Shown: positions 11,270-21,850 of the stretch, in pieces
Numbering within the stretch: position 1 is the first letter of the stretch
Layout: the number at the start of each line of letters is the position of its first letter
Source: Selaginella moellendorffii
Lineage: Eukaryota > Plantae > Lycopodiophyta
Assembly (NCBI RefSeq): GCF_000143415.4
Contig: NW_003314382.1
Location: forward strand, 212,210 to 276,209
Direction: 5' to 3'
DNA: 64,000 nucleotides
Notes under the pieces: generated by a model
What the model saw: the letters and a program-made list of their open reading frames with translations, nothing else
Databases searched by the model: none
Told to the model about the DNA's origin: nothing
Translations under genes and position numbers: made by a program

Positions 11270-12735
11270 TAAATTCACAATGTCCAAGCCTGCCCCTTTA
11301 TTTCCACCTTTTCCACCAACAGAACCCGACCCAACGAGTGTATGGACTTCGTCTATAAGAAGTATAACATTGCCTGGTGATATCAAGCATGTCAGATACA
11401 GCATTCTAAGTATAAATAACGGAAAACTTCACCTGCTTTTCGCGTTTTCTCTATGAGGCGTGTAACCCGAAATTCTAGTTCACCCCGCTCCTTAGCTCCA
11501 GCAAGAAGCAATCCCATATCCAGAGACATCACTCGCTTCCCCTGTATGCGCAAGCAAGAATAAGTAAACTTCACCGCAGTTTAAAAAATCTACTCACCGT
11601 GAGAAACTCTGGAACGTTTCCACTCGCAATACGTATGGGAAGGCCTTCAACAATCGCTGTCTTGCCAACGCCAGGCTCTCCAAGCAAGATGGGATTGTTT
11701 TTTGTTCTTCTTCCTAGAATCTGTACAACTCTTTGCACTTCACTGTCTCGGCCATCAATTTTCCCGTCACTAGCACGTAAGGTAAGATCCACACAAAAAT
11801 CGTTGAGAGCACCTTTTTCTAGAAGACGGCGAGGTAAGACGACAAGCATCGAAAGCAAACTAATAAGTAAAGAGCGAACCTTTTCTACCAGGCTTCAATA
11901 AATTCACAACGTCCAAGCCTGCCCCTTTATTTCCACTTCTTCCACCAACGAAGGCCGAGCCAACGAGCATATGGACTTTGCCTCTAGAAGTATAACGTTG
12001 CCTTGTGATATCAAGCATGTTAGATATATCATTCTAAGTATAAACAAACCAAAAAACAACTTTACCTGCTGCTCGTGTTTTCTCTAATTCACCACGCTCC
12101 TTAGCCCCAGCAAACAATTCCATATCCAGAGACAGGGCTCACTTCTCCTGTATGTGCCAGCAGAAACATGTAAACTTCACTGCAATTCTAGAACGCTTCT
12201 ATGGCAAGGCCTTCAGCAATCGCTGTCTTGCCAACGCTAGGCTCTCCAAGTAAGATGGAATTGTTTTTTGGTTGTACAACTCTTTGCAACTTCATTGTCT
12301 CGGCCATTGAAAAGATCAATTTTCCGTCACTAGCATGTCCACACAATAATCGTTGAGAGCGGTAAGACGACAAGCACCAAAAGCAAACAAATGAGTACCT
12401 TTTCTATCAGGACGTTTGCTTGAAGAGGCTGGCAGACTCACAGTATTCTTCCGTCCTTGGCAAGTAGTTTCAGCTTTTAGCTTTTGCTTTTTCAATCCAA
12501 GCCTGAAAGAAACAGTTGAGGCACACTCAATAAACCATTTCTATCTATCACGTATTTGTCAATAATCTTAGTACGTCATATGCTCTGGGGTGATGTAGTT
12601 CTTCTTCGACTGCTCCAGAGCCGCCTGATGGTGACGCCAGACGACCTCCATTCCTCTTCTTGGCAATCAAGATTACATCGCGGCCGTGCTCGAAAATACG
12701 CGCCTGGTGCATGGTCATAGATGAAATCCAGAGTT
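11270..12735 (-). pseudogene. Two tandem partial, intron-containing pseudogene copies of ClpD
   Basis: Near-identity to 26925-27560 including introns ([33 protein letters not shown]); the second copy is more decayed and reaches the [10 protein letters not shown]-terminus at ~12690-12715. Confidence 0.92.
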
Positions 12736-13152
12736 TCCGGATTGGAGCTATAAAATTAAAGTCCAACGGCCTCGAATCATCATTATGTCCTGATCTAATT
12801 GTTCTTTTCTTTTTACCTCTAAATTCATTCATTCATTCATGTTACTTGTTTACAAGGTTTCCACCAAGAATCATGACACCAATGGATTCAAGTATGCAAG
12901 TGTGACAATTGGTCTATTTGTCATCCAATTTCGTCAGCATCGATGTTGTCTGCCTCGTCCCTTGTAGTGGATGCTGTTTCAGCTGGCATTGCCCTGTTTG
13001 GTTGTGGATGGACGCGAGTGCTGGATTCCTCACCTTGTCCCTTGTAGTGGATGTGGTTTGGTTGTGGGCGCCAGAGCGACAAGTTTCCTCGCTCACCCTG
13101 CGGTTGCGGCTACTTTTATAGTTCTAAATATGTATATTAAGTTCTTTTTTAT

Positions 13153-14512
13153 TTATGAAATAGAACATAATATTTTCTTTTGATTATTTTCATTCATTGG
13201 TATATATGAATGAGTATATTTCATTCCTGGTACTAATACTGGTTTAAACTTTTGTAATTTTGCATACCTTTGAAGTATATGTAGCATATATTGATATACA
13301 TAATCTGTTGAGAGTTGTTCTTTCAAAAAGTTCTGACCACATTTTCCAACCATAGCAGCCTTTTAAGTAAAGAAATTTGTTAAACTTAAATACAATTATA
13401 TTAGAAAACCAACCTTATAGATATTAGAATTACTCCATTGTATGGCTTCTTGAATAGAATCACAAATATTTTCTCTAGTAATTGGTAGAAAATGAACATG
13501 TGGAAGTAAAGACCTTGAGAAGAAATCCCAATAATATGGTTCAATCCTTAACATTGTTGATCCACATGACAATATATACTTCAAACTCACTGACCAAGCA
13601 TTGCCTTCGGCATAGATTTTATATCTAGAATTCATATAAGTTAACTGTTACACAAAAATAAATCTTACCTTGAGAAACACTGGTTGGACAAATCAGAATT
13701 GGTAAAATTGGCCTTTTCTTCTGTAATCCAATCCTGAAAAAACAAATCAATATAATAAGTTGATAATTATAGATTTATAAACCTGATGTTGAATTAGAAT
13801 ATTTGTAGAGTTGCACTTAACCAGATTAGACCTTATTAGTCCCATTTGCGTATTTCCTCTCCAATATGCAATAGGTTTTCTTCTAAACCAATCAATCTTT
13901 TCGGCCTCTGTAAAGATTCTTTCACTCTCAATGCTCCAAGGAAGGATATTTACTTCTGGCCTGCAAAGACAATCAACAAAAAACATTGAAAAACTAGAGA
14001 ATTTACCATCCCCATATAGACCAATCTGGAAAGACAATGTCATAATGCCGATTTCTTGTTGTGCAATACCCAAAAACAGGGGGAGGTGATGTGAAGAGGT
14101 AACGCCATCTGGGAACGAGGGGATGGTCTTGGCAATTAAACATAATATCCACATCAGGAACCATTCCAGGGAACTTATTCAACAACATTGCCAATCCCTT
14201 GAGTGTGTATTCAGCCCTGGTTTGAAAGCACTGCTTGTATGTCTGAGTATATAGCTTACCACCCAGAATGATCACCCTAAAATAAGCCTTCTCCTTGCCA
14301 GCTTCAAGAGCTTTCCTAGTTATCCCACCCTTCCATGGTGCAAGATCATGTTCTATCCACTTGAAATAAGAGGGACATGTTTGGTTACCCAAGAAGTGAC
14401 AACTGTGAATTCGTGCTCTATGCTGTGGTGGATTTGATTCAGTAAATGATAGCAAAAGTAGTGACGCTCCTAAGGCAACAACGCAAAACCAACCAAGAAC
14501 GAGCTTAGACAT
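13153..14512 (-). CDS. Glycosyltransferase family 90 / CAP10-domain (rumi/POGLUT-like) protein, multi-exon; 3' end uncertain
   Basis: Signal anchor; TCPSYFKWIEHDLAPWK, FQTRAEYT, PGMVPDVDIMFNCQDHP, DIVFPDWSIWGW, AYWRGN, RYKIYAEGNAWSVSLKYILSCGS, YVYQYMLHILQRYAKL. Confidence 0.88.
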
Positions 14513-14605
14513 CTTAGAACCCTATATTAAATCGGCAAACTGTTAAAATAACAGGTGAAAGATTTAGGGCTCCAAAGACTCGAAGAATCCTGGCGGAATT
14601 ATGGC

Positions 14606-17471
14606 ATGCTGCGACGCTGTGATCGATCTCTCTTTCAGATCCGGGTCTCTCGGCATCCACATTCGCTCTTCGCGATGGCGCTCCAAGAGAAAGAAGCTGT
14701 AAGTTTGATTTCCTCCCTCGATGATGCGTGCTTGATGATCTTCTTTGTAGCGTGTGAGTCACGAGGAGCCGGATGTGGTTCCTGTTGTGATTTTCGCACT
14801 GAAAGCGTGCAGCAGCTTGAGAGATTTAGAGACCGGGACGATTATCCACGCTCATGCCATCGAATCCAGTCATGATTCTTGCAGCATTCGTGTGGCCAGC
14901 AGCCTGATTAATATGTATGCGAAGTGTGGAAGCATGGCGCTCGCGAGGGCCGTGTTTGATGCCATGCCAACGATTCGCGACGTTGTCTCGTGGACTACTA
15001 TGATTGCCGGGTATGCCGAGAATGGGGAAATTGATTTGGCATTCACTCTCTTTTCTACCATGCAACAGGAAGGCTGTGCTCCAAACGAGCGGACTTTCAC
15101 TGCTGTTCTCAAGGCGTGCGCGGGGCTGGCGTCGAGAGAAAGAGGCCGAGAACTCCATGGAAAGATTTGGAAGGTGAAAAGTCTGGAGAGGGGCAGGGCT
15201 CTTCACTTGCAAGCAGCGAGCACTGGATTCGAGGGGGATGCTTTCGTTTGTAGCAGCGTGGTGGAGATGTATGCAAAGTGTGGGAGCTTGGTCGATGCGA
15301 AGGCAGTGTTCGACAGGATGAGCTCGCCGGACATCGTGGCCTGGACAGTTTTGATGCTGGGATATGTCGAGAACGAAGAGGAAGATCTGGCACTGGAACT
15401 TCTGGCGTCCATGAAAGAGAACGCGCGGTGCGCTCCAAATGCTCGAACGTTGTCAGTGGCTGTGAAGGCCTGCACGAGTCTGGCTTTGAAAGAAGAGGGA
15501 CAGGTCGTCGCTGGCACAAAACTCGTCAAACTAGCTTCTCTGGAGAAAGGAATGTCGGTTCACAGTGAAGCCGTCAAGACTGGCTGGATCTCGGAGAGTT
15601 TTCTGGCAACCAGCCTTGTGGACATGTATGGGAAGTGTGGTACACTGCTGGATGCACGCATGATATTTGATAAGATGGACTCCAGCAATGTGGTATCGTG
15701 GAACTCACTCATCCTCGGCTATGTAGAAAACGATGAGGAAGATTTGGCTCTTGCTGTTTTCAAGTCTATGGATGGTTTCTGCGAGCTCGATTCTCGAACG
15801 TTTGTTGCTGCAACGAAGGCTTGTAGCAACTTGGCAGCCAAAGAACAGGCGAGGAAACTTGATGGAAAGCTGGTGAAGGTAAGGTCTTTGGAGAAGGGCC
15901 GTGAAGTTCATGGCTTAGCGGGGAGCTGTGACAGGGATGCATTCCTGGGATCTGCTTTGGTGGAGATGTATTCTCAGTGTGGAAGCTTGGTTGATGCATG
16001 GAGAGCCTACGGGGAGATGAGTTATCCTGATGTTGTGGCGTGGACTACTTTGATCCTGGCTTATGCTGAGAATGGAGAAGAAAGCCGGGCTCTGGAAGTT
16101 TTCGAGTTCATGAAGCCGGAAGGTTGCGAGCCAGACTCGGGGGTTTTCATTGCTGCAATCAGAGCTTGTGGGAGACTAGCCGAGAATTGTTTACCAGGCA
16201 GCAAGCTGAAGGCTCTTGAGAAAACGATGATGGTTCACTCTCAAGCTTTGAGGTACTCCTTGGACTTGAGCATCTTCTTCGACAACACGCTCGTGGACAC
16301 TTATGCAAAGTGTGGGAGCTTGGAAGATTCACGCAGGGCATTCGACAGGATGTCTTCTCACAGCGTGGTTTCGTGGACTGTTTTGATGGCCGGCTGCGTG
16401 GAGAACGGGAACGAAGAACTGGCCCTGGAACTTTTCTCAGTCATGGGAGTTGAGCCCGACGCGCAGTCTTATGTTGCTGCATTGAACGCATGCATTGCTC
16501 TTGCTGTAGGAGAGCCAGGGAAGCATGTCGACGATGGAAAGGCTGTGAAGCTACGAGCTCTAGACAGAGGCATGGCTATCCATTCTCAAGCAGCAGCCGG
16601 GTGCTGGGAGGCAGACTTTTTTGTTAGCAGCACCCTGGTGGAGTTATATGCGCGGTGTGGAAATATGCTCGATGCCAGAATGGTCTTCGACAGGATGCCA
16701 TGCCATGATCTCGTCTCCTGGAACACGTTAATTCTCGGTTATGCCGAGAATGGTGAGGAAGAATTTGCTCTCAAGCTATACCTTGAGCTCCAGGAAAACG
16801 AGGAGCTCTACTCGGCTGATGCGCAAACTTTCGCCGCTGCTCTCAAGGCCTGTAGCAATCAGGTGGATTTGGAAACAGGGAGAAGGCTGCACAGAGAAAT
16901 TTGCAGAGCTGGGGATGAAAACGATGAAGTTCTAGCTGCTTGCTTGGTGGATTTGTATGGCAAGTGTGGAAGCACGATTAATTCTCGGCTGGTCTTTGAC
17001 TCTACGCCCGGAGAAGACATGGTAAGCTGGAACGCTCTGTTAGCATCTTACGCTCGTCAAGGGGATTCTGACGAGGTTCTCGGTCTCTTTCACAGGATGC
17101 AAGACGAAGCTCTTGGAGCTGATGGTATTACTTTTGTCTCAGTTTTGACGGCATGCAGTCATGCTGGCCTTGTCGAGCGGGGCACTCGCTACTTTGAGGA
17201 AATGATGTCCAAGTATGGTGTAAAACCCGACATTGATCACTACCACTGCGTGGTTGATCTTCTCGGCCGAGCCAACCGGCTGGATGAGGCTGTTGCCATG
17301 GTGAGAAGGATGCCTTTTGAGCCGAGTTCACTGACTTGGAGGACTGTGCTAGGTGCTTGTGGCAAGTGGAAAAACTCGAGCATCGGGCAGCTAGCGTTCG
17401 AGTCACTGCTGGAGCTTGGTGATGATCGAGATGTTGCAGCAGCCTATTTATTGATGGTGAAAGCCCGATGA
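14606..17471 (+). CDS. PLS-class PPR protein (E domain) with expanded L motifs; short first exon probable
   Basis: 905-aa ORF 14754-17471 with repeated MYAKCGS...VVSWT..I.GY.ENGE units; upstream MLRRCDRSLF...EKEA exon joined by a GTAAG...TAG intron at 14699-14750. Confidence 0.93.
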
Positions 17472-17626
17472 AGATATAGTTTTTGCAACCTTGACTTTGT
17501 CACGCAAGGATATTTTCCGACTTTGTCAAGCGTCCATCTTAAAATACACTAGAAAAGAAGTGACATTTCAGCCAGGCTGAAAGAAGGCTCTCATTTACTC
17601 TCATCCTTTCAGAAGCAGAAGGCAGT

Positions 17627-18752
17627 ATGGCGCCTAGCACCATGAGTGAAGATGCTCAAGGCCACTTTGATCTCAAGAGCATGATCTTCTCGCTGGTGAC
17701 TCCTTTCATGCTCAAGGCTGTGGTGCTGCTCGGCATTCCCGAGATGATCTCCAAGGCAGGCCCGCTCTCCCTCAAGCAGATCGTGTCACGTCTCTCAAAT
17801 GTCAAGAACTTTCAGCCGGACCTCCTCGAGAGAATCCTCCAGTTTCTGGTCCACAAGCGGGCACTGAGCGAGAAGATCGACGAGAAAGATGGAGAAACGT
17901 ACTACGGCCTCACTCCAATCTCAAAGTGGCTCGCGGAAGAGCACCATCTCCTGCTCTTGTGCACGCACGAGTATCCCATGGCCGCGTTCCAAAAGGTGAA
18001 CGAAGCAGTGCTGGATGGAGGCCACGCTTACGAGATGGCCAACAAAAGTCGTGTTTGGGAGCACGACCCCGGCCACGGCGACGAGTACGTGAAGCTGCTC
18101 AACGATGCTATGGTCGCTTGGAGCAGCGTCACAATCTCCCTCGTCCTCGAGCACTACGATGGATTCAAAGACGTGAAGAAGCTCGTGGATGTTGGCGGTG
18201 GCCTTGGAATGTGCATGGGCAAGATTGTGGAGAAGTATCCCCACATCGAAGGTGTCAACTTTGATCTCCCTCACACCGTTTCGAGCGCTCCAGCCTTTCC
18301 CGGTAAGATTCAAGACACATCTTCTTTTGATTTCTTCATGTTTTTTCTTAACAGGTGTTGCTCATGTGGGAGGCAACATGTTTGAGAGTGTTCCAAGTGC
18401 TGACGCTCTTCTTATCAAGGTACTCTGTCTTCTTTTCCTTGAGGTTGTGATCGTCGTGGTGTTTCTTCAGTCTGTTATCATCAATTTTAGCGACGAGGAT
18501 TGCCTCAAGATGCTGGCGAATTGCTACAAAGCTCTGCCACGAGGAGGCAAACTGATAGTGATCGAGCTCATATACTCCAAGGAGGGACCATTCGAGATGG
18601 ACCTGGACATGATTATGATCGGCTTCACCGACGGTGGCAAGACCAGGCGATTTGAAGAACACAAAGCGCTGCTCGAGAACAGTGGCTTTGGCAACGTTTC
18701 CCTCGTGGCCGTTCCTTCCAAGGAGCAAGTTATAGAAGCTTACAAGCTCTAA
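17627..18752 (+). CDS. COMT-family methyltransferase-like protein; exons 17627-18302, 18355-18419, 18471-18752
   Basis: Same motifs as the copy at 1997-3125; canonical GT-AG introns of 52 and 51 bp restore a continuous frame. Confidence 0.92.
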
Positions 18753-19259
18753 ACAAAGTGAATGAGATGTTTGTGCTAGTTGTATTTTAGAGTTTATTGT
18801 CGCCGTTGACAATATGGACTGCTCCAGTGTTGAAGCGAGCATCATCGATAAAAATAAAAGAGTTTGAGGCTTGGATAATATTCTTCCTGGAGATTTTGCC
18901 GCTTGGGGATAGGTGGCCTAAACCATGAAGAATTTCGCACTCTGGACGCGTGACCGACGCCATGGAGTGCTTGGTATGTCAACTGCTGCTTAACTTTTGT
19001 GACAACTATAGCATATGGATACGGTGATGTTGGCTCGAATCAGGAGTGTGTCATTTCATCGTCTTACATCGATCATTGCTGAATGATAGAGATGTTGCAG
19101 CAGTTTCCTCGTTTGATTATTTTGCGGTAGCGAAGACTTACATTTATTTATAGATCTTTCGACACAACATGGCCTCAAATGGCCATATGACATTCTGCCT
19201 TGACTCTACATTGACTATGTTCACTTTGAATTGACTTTATTTTACTTTCTTGAGTGCCG

Positions 19260-19522
19260 GTGACAAAAATTTGCAGAACTGGGGATGAAACCAATGAAGC
19301 TCTCGGTTGGTCTTCGACTCTACGCCCGGAGAAGACATGGTAAAACGCTCTAGCAGCTTCACGAAGTTTTCAGCCTCTTTCATAAGATGCAAGACGAAGC
19401 GTTTGGATTACTTTCGTCTCAGTTTTACTGGCGTTGGGCAGCTAGCATTCAAGTCACTGCTGGAGCTTGATGATGATCAAGATGATGCAGGAGCCTATTT
19501 ATTGATCGTGAAATCCCGATGA
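19260..19522 (+). pseudogene. Internally deleted PPR C-terminal remnant
   Basis: Patchwork match to 16895-17471 (GAAATTTGCAGAGCTGGGGATGAAA, VFDSTPGEDMV, GQLAFKSLLELDDD). Confidence 0.88.
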
Positions 19523-19689
19523 AGATATAGTTTTTGCAACCCTGACTTTGTCACGCAAGGATATTTTCCGACTTTGTCACGCTGTTCTGGCAGCGTGGAC
19601 CTTAAAATACAGTAGACAGGGAAGTGACATTTCAACCAGTCTTAAAGAAGGTTCTCATTTACTCTCGCCTTTCAGAATCAATAGGCAGT

Positions 19690-20662
19690 ATGGTGCCTGG
19701 ATCTAGCACCATGAATGAAGATGCTCAAGGCCACTTTGATCTCTCTTCTCGCTATCGTGTCATGTCTCTCGAACGCGAAGAACTGTCAGCCGGATCTCCT
19801 CGAGAGACTCCTCCAGTTTCTGGTCCACAAGGGGGCACTGAGCAAGAAGATCGACGAGAAAGATGGAGAAACGTACTACGGCCTCACTCCAATCTCAAAG
19901 GGGCTTGCGGAGGAGCATCATCACCTGCTGCTATGCACGCACGCGCTGAATGGTGCTGAAGGTGCACGTCCTAAAGGTGGTGCTGAATGGAGGCCACGCT
20001 TACGAGATTGCCAACAAATGTCGTGTTTGGGAGCACGACCCTGGCCACGGCGACGAGTACGTGAAGCTGCTCAACGATGCTATGGTCGCGTGGAGCAGCG
20101 TCACCATCTCCCTCGTCCTCGAGCACTACGATGGCTTCAAAGACGTGAAGAAGCTCGTGGATGGTGGCCTTGGAATGTGCATGGGCAAGATCGTGGAGAA
20201 ATATCCCCACATCGAAGGTGCCAACTTTGATCTCCCTCACACTGTTGAGATCCAGCCATTCCCGGTAAGGATTAAAGTTTTGTTTCTGATTCCTCCATGT
20301 CTTTATGCTTTTTTAGGTGTTACTGCAAATATGTTTGAGAGTGTACCAAGTGCTCATGCTCTTTTTTATCAAGGTTGCTCTTTGTTTTGATCATTGGTGT
20401 TTCTTCAGTCTACTTTGCTCAATTTTAGCGACGAGGATTGCCTGAAGATGCTGGCGAATTGCAACAAAGCTCGGCCACGAGGAGGCAAAATGATAGTGGT
20501 CGACCTTATGTACTCCAAGGACGGAGCTGGACCTACACCGACGGTGGCAAGACCAGGCGATTTGAAGAACACATGGTGCTGCTTGAAAAAAGTGGCTTTG
20601 GCAACGTTTCCCTCGTGAACGTTCCGTCCAAGGAGCAAGTTATTGAAGCTTACAAACTGTAA
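19690..20662 (+). pseudogene. OMT pseudogene (tandem copy)
   Basis: Homologous to 17627-18752 but with deletions and frameshifts; SAM motif reduced to LVDGGLG. Confidence 0.9.
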
Positions 20663-20765
20663 ATAAACAATGTTTTGTGTTTAATATACATTTTTCAACA
20701 AAAAGGTGAGTGAAGATCAAGCACAATATAACATTGAATTGTTCATTCATCATAGAATTTACATT

Positions 20766-21557
20766 TCAAAACATGGGTGACCTTGTTGGGATACCTTTCC
20801 TTGCCCGCTTTCTAAATCCTTGAAGAGCAGGAGCTTGACGCTTGTCATGCTCGACAGTATTACAAGGGGCACTAAACACATGTACTGCTTCGTCCATTCT
20901 CCTCCTCGCACAAACTTGCTCAATGGAGCTTTGCTCTGGCTGCTTTCGTTTCCTGTTGGATGGAGCCTTTTTCGCCTTGGGAGCCCTAGGTCGATCCTTT
21001 GGCTTGACCTTAACGACCCGGGCTTGATGATCGTTGAGCTCACTTCTCGGTTGCATTCGTTGTGCATCACCATCTGGGGCGACCTCGCCAAAAGGTGGCG
21101 GAATGTTCTTCTCCTGACCCTGATCGACTTGGGCCTGCTGATGCGCGACGAACCCTTCACACTGGAGCTTGCAGTAGAGCGAGCAGTAGAGAGCTCCGTG
21201 CAGCACCCTCTTGCAGTGGCGGCATAGTACCGAGTTTTGCACCTCTATTCCTCGGGGCCTGGCGTGGAGATAAAAGATTGGGCCTCCGTTGATGGTAAAC
21301 GTCTCCAGCCCCGACGTATCGATGAGGCGCTCCGCTTCACACGCCTTGACTGCAGTAAGGCGGCCTGAGATTACGATCTGCAAAGCGTTTCGGGAGTCGC
21401 AAGTCCGGTGATCCTTTTTGCATTCTTGACACAGGGACACTAAGCACTGCTTGCAGAAGAAGCTCTTCTTGCGTTTCCCGGATGTGCAGTTGGCGTGGAG
21501 TTCACACACTGTGAAGAAGTCCGTCACGTTCAACAGAGCTTGCAACCACGACGCCAT
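20766..21557 (-). CDS. PLATZ zinc-binding transcription factor, intronless
   Basis: WLQALL...FFTVCELH...FFCKQC...LCQEC...H, IDTSGLETFTING..IFYLHARP, CRHCKRVL....YCSLYCKL and the C-terminal RKGIPTRSPMF motif. Confidence 0.9.
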   Translation of the reverse strand: MASWLQALLNVTDFFTVCELHANCTSGKRKKSFFCKQCLVSLCQECKKDHRTCDSRNALQIVISGRLTAVKACEAERLIDTSGLETFTINGGPIFYLHARPRGIEVQNSVLCRHCKRVLHGALYCSLYCKLQCEGFVAHQQAQVDQGQEKNIPPPFGEVAPDGDAQRMQPRSELNDHQARVVKVKPKDRPRAPKAKKAPSNRKRKQPEQSSIEQVCARRRMDEAVHVFSAPCNTVEHDKRQAPALQGFRKRARKGIPTRSPMF

Positions 21558-21689
21558 AACTCTCGTAAAGGAAAATGTGTCTTCCCTTAGGTCTCCACTG
21601 TTTAGATGCTCGTGTTTAAGTAGTTCCTTTTGGTAACTTAGGAAAATCACCTTTAGGTCGTGGTTACATAAAATGTTTCCCTGAATTAA

Positions 21690-21761
21690 TGCATCAGCCG
21701 GGAGTCGAACCCGGGTCTATTGCTTGGAAGGCAATTATCCTAACCATTGGACTACTGATGC
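21690..21761 (-). tRNA. trnG-UCC: tRNA-Gly (anticodon UCC)
   Basis: Reverse complement GCATCAGTAGTCCAATGGTTAGGATAATTGCCTTCCAAGCAATAGACCCGGGTTCGACTCCCGGCTGATGCA: perfect 7-bp acceptor stem, TCC anticodon, TTCGA loop; TTTT about 17 nt downstream. Confidence 0.97.
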
Positions 21762-21850
21762 TTAATGCATTTGGTTAAAACTCTTACCTTAACTGCCGGC
21801 TTAAAAAGTCTTAACATAATAAAGCTCATATTTAGCTTGAACCAAATGTT

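Noticed and set aside
12914-13096. Short ORF with a duplicated CCCTTGTAGTGGATG motif as a separate gene or last GT90 exon
   Set aside because: No recognisable homology, and splice support could not be established by eye.
21686-21770. 9-bp direct repeat TTAATGCAT flanking the tRNA as a target-site duplication or att site
   Set aside because: The left copy overlaps the tRNA acceptor stem and the motif is short, AT-rich and partly palindromic; chance or stem extension explains it.
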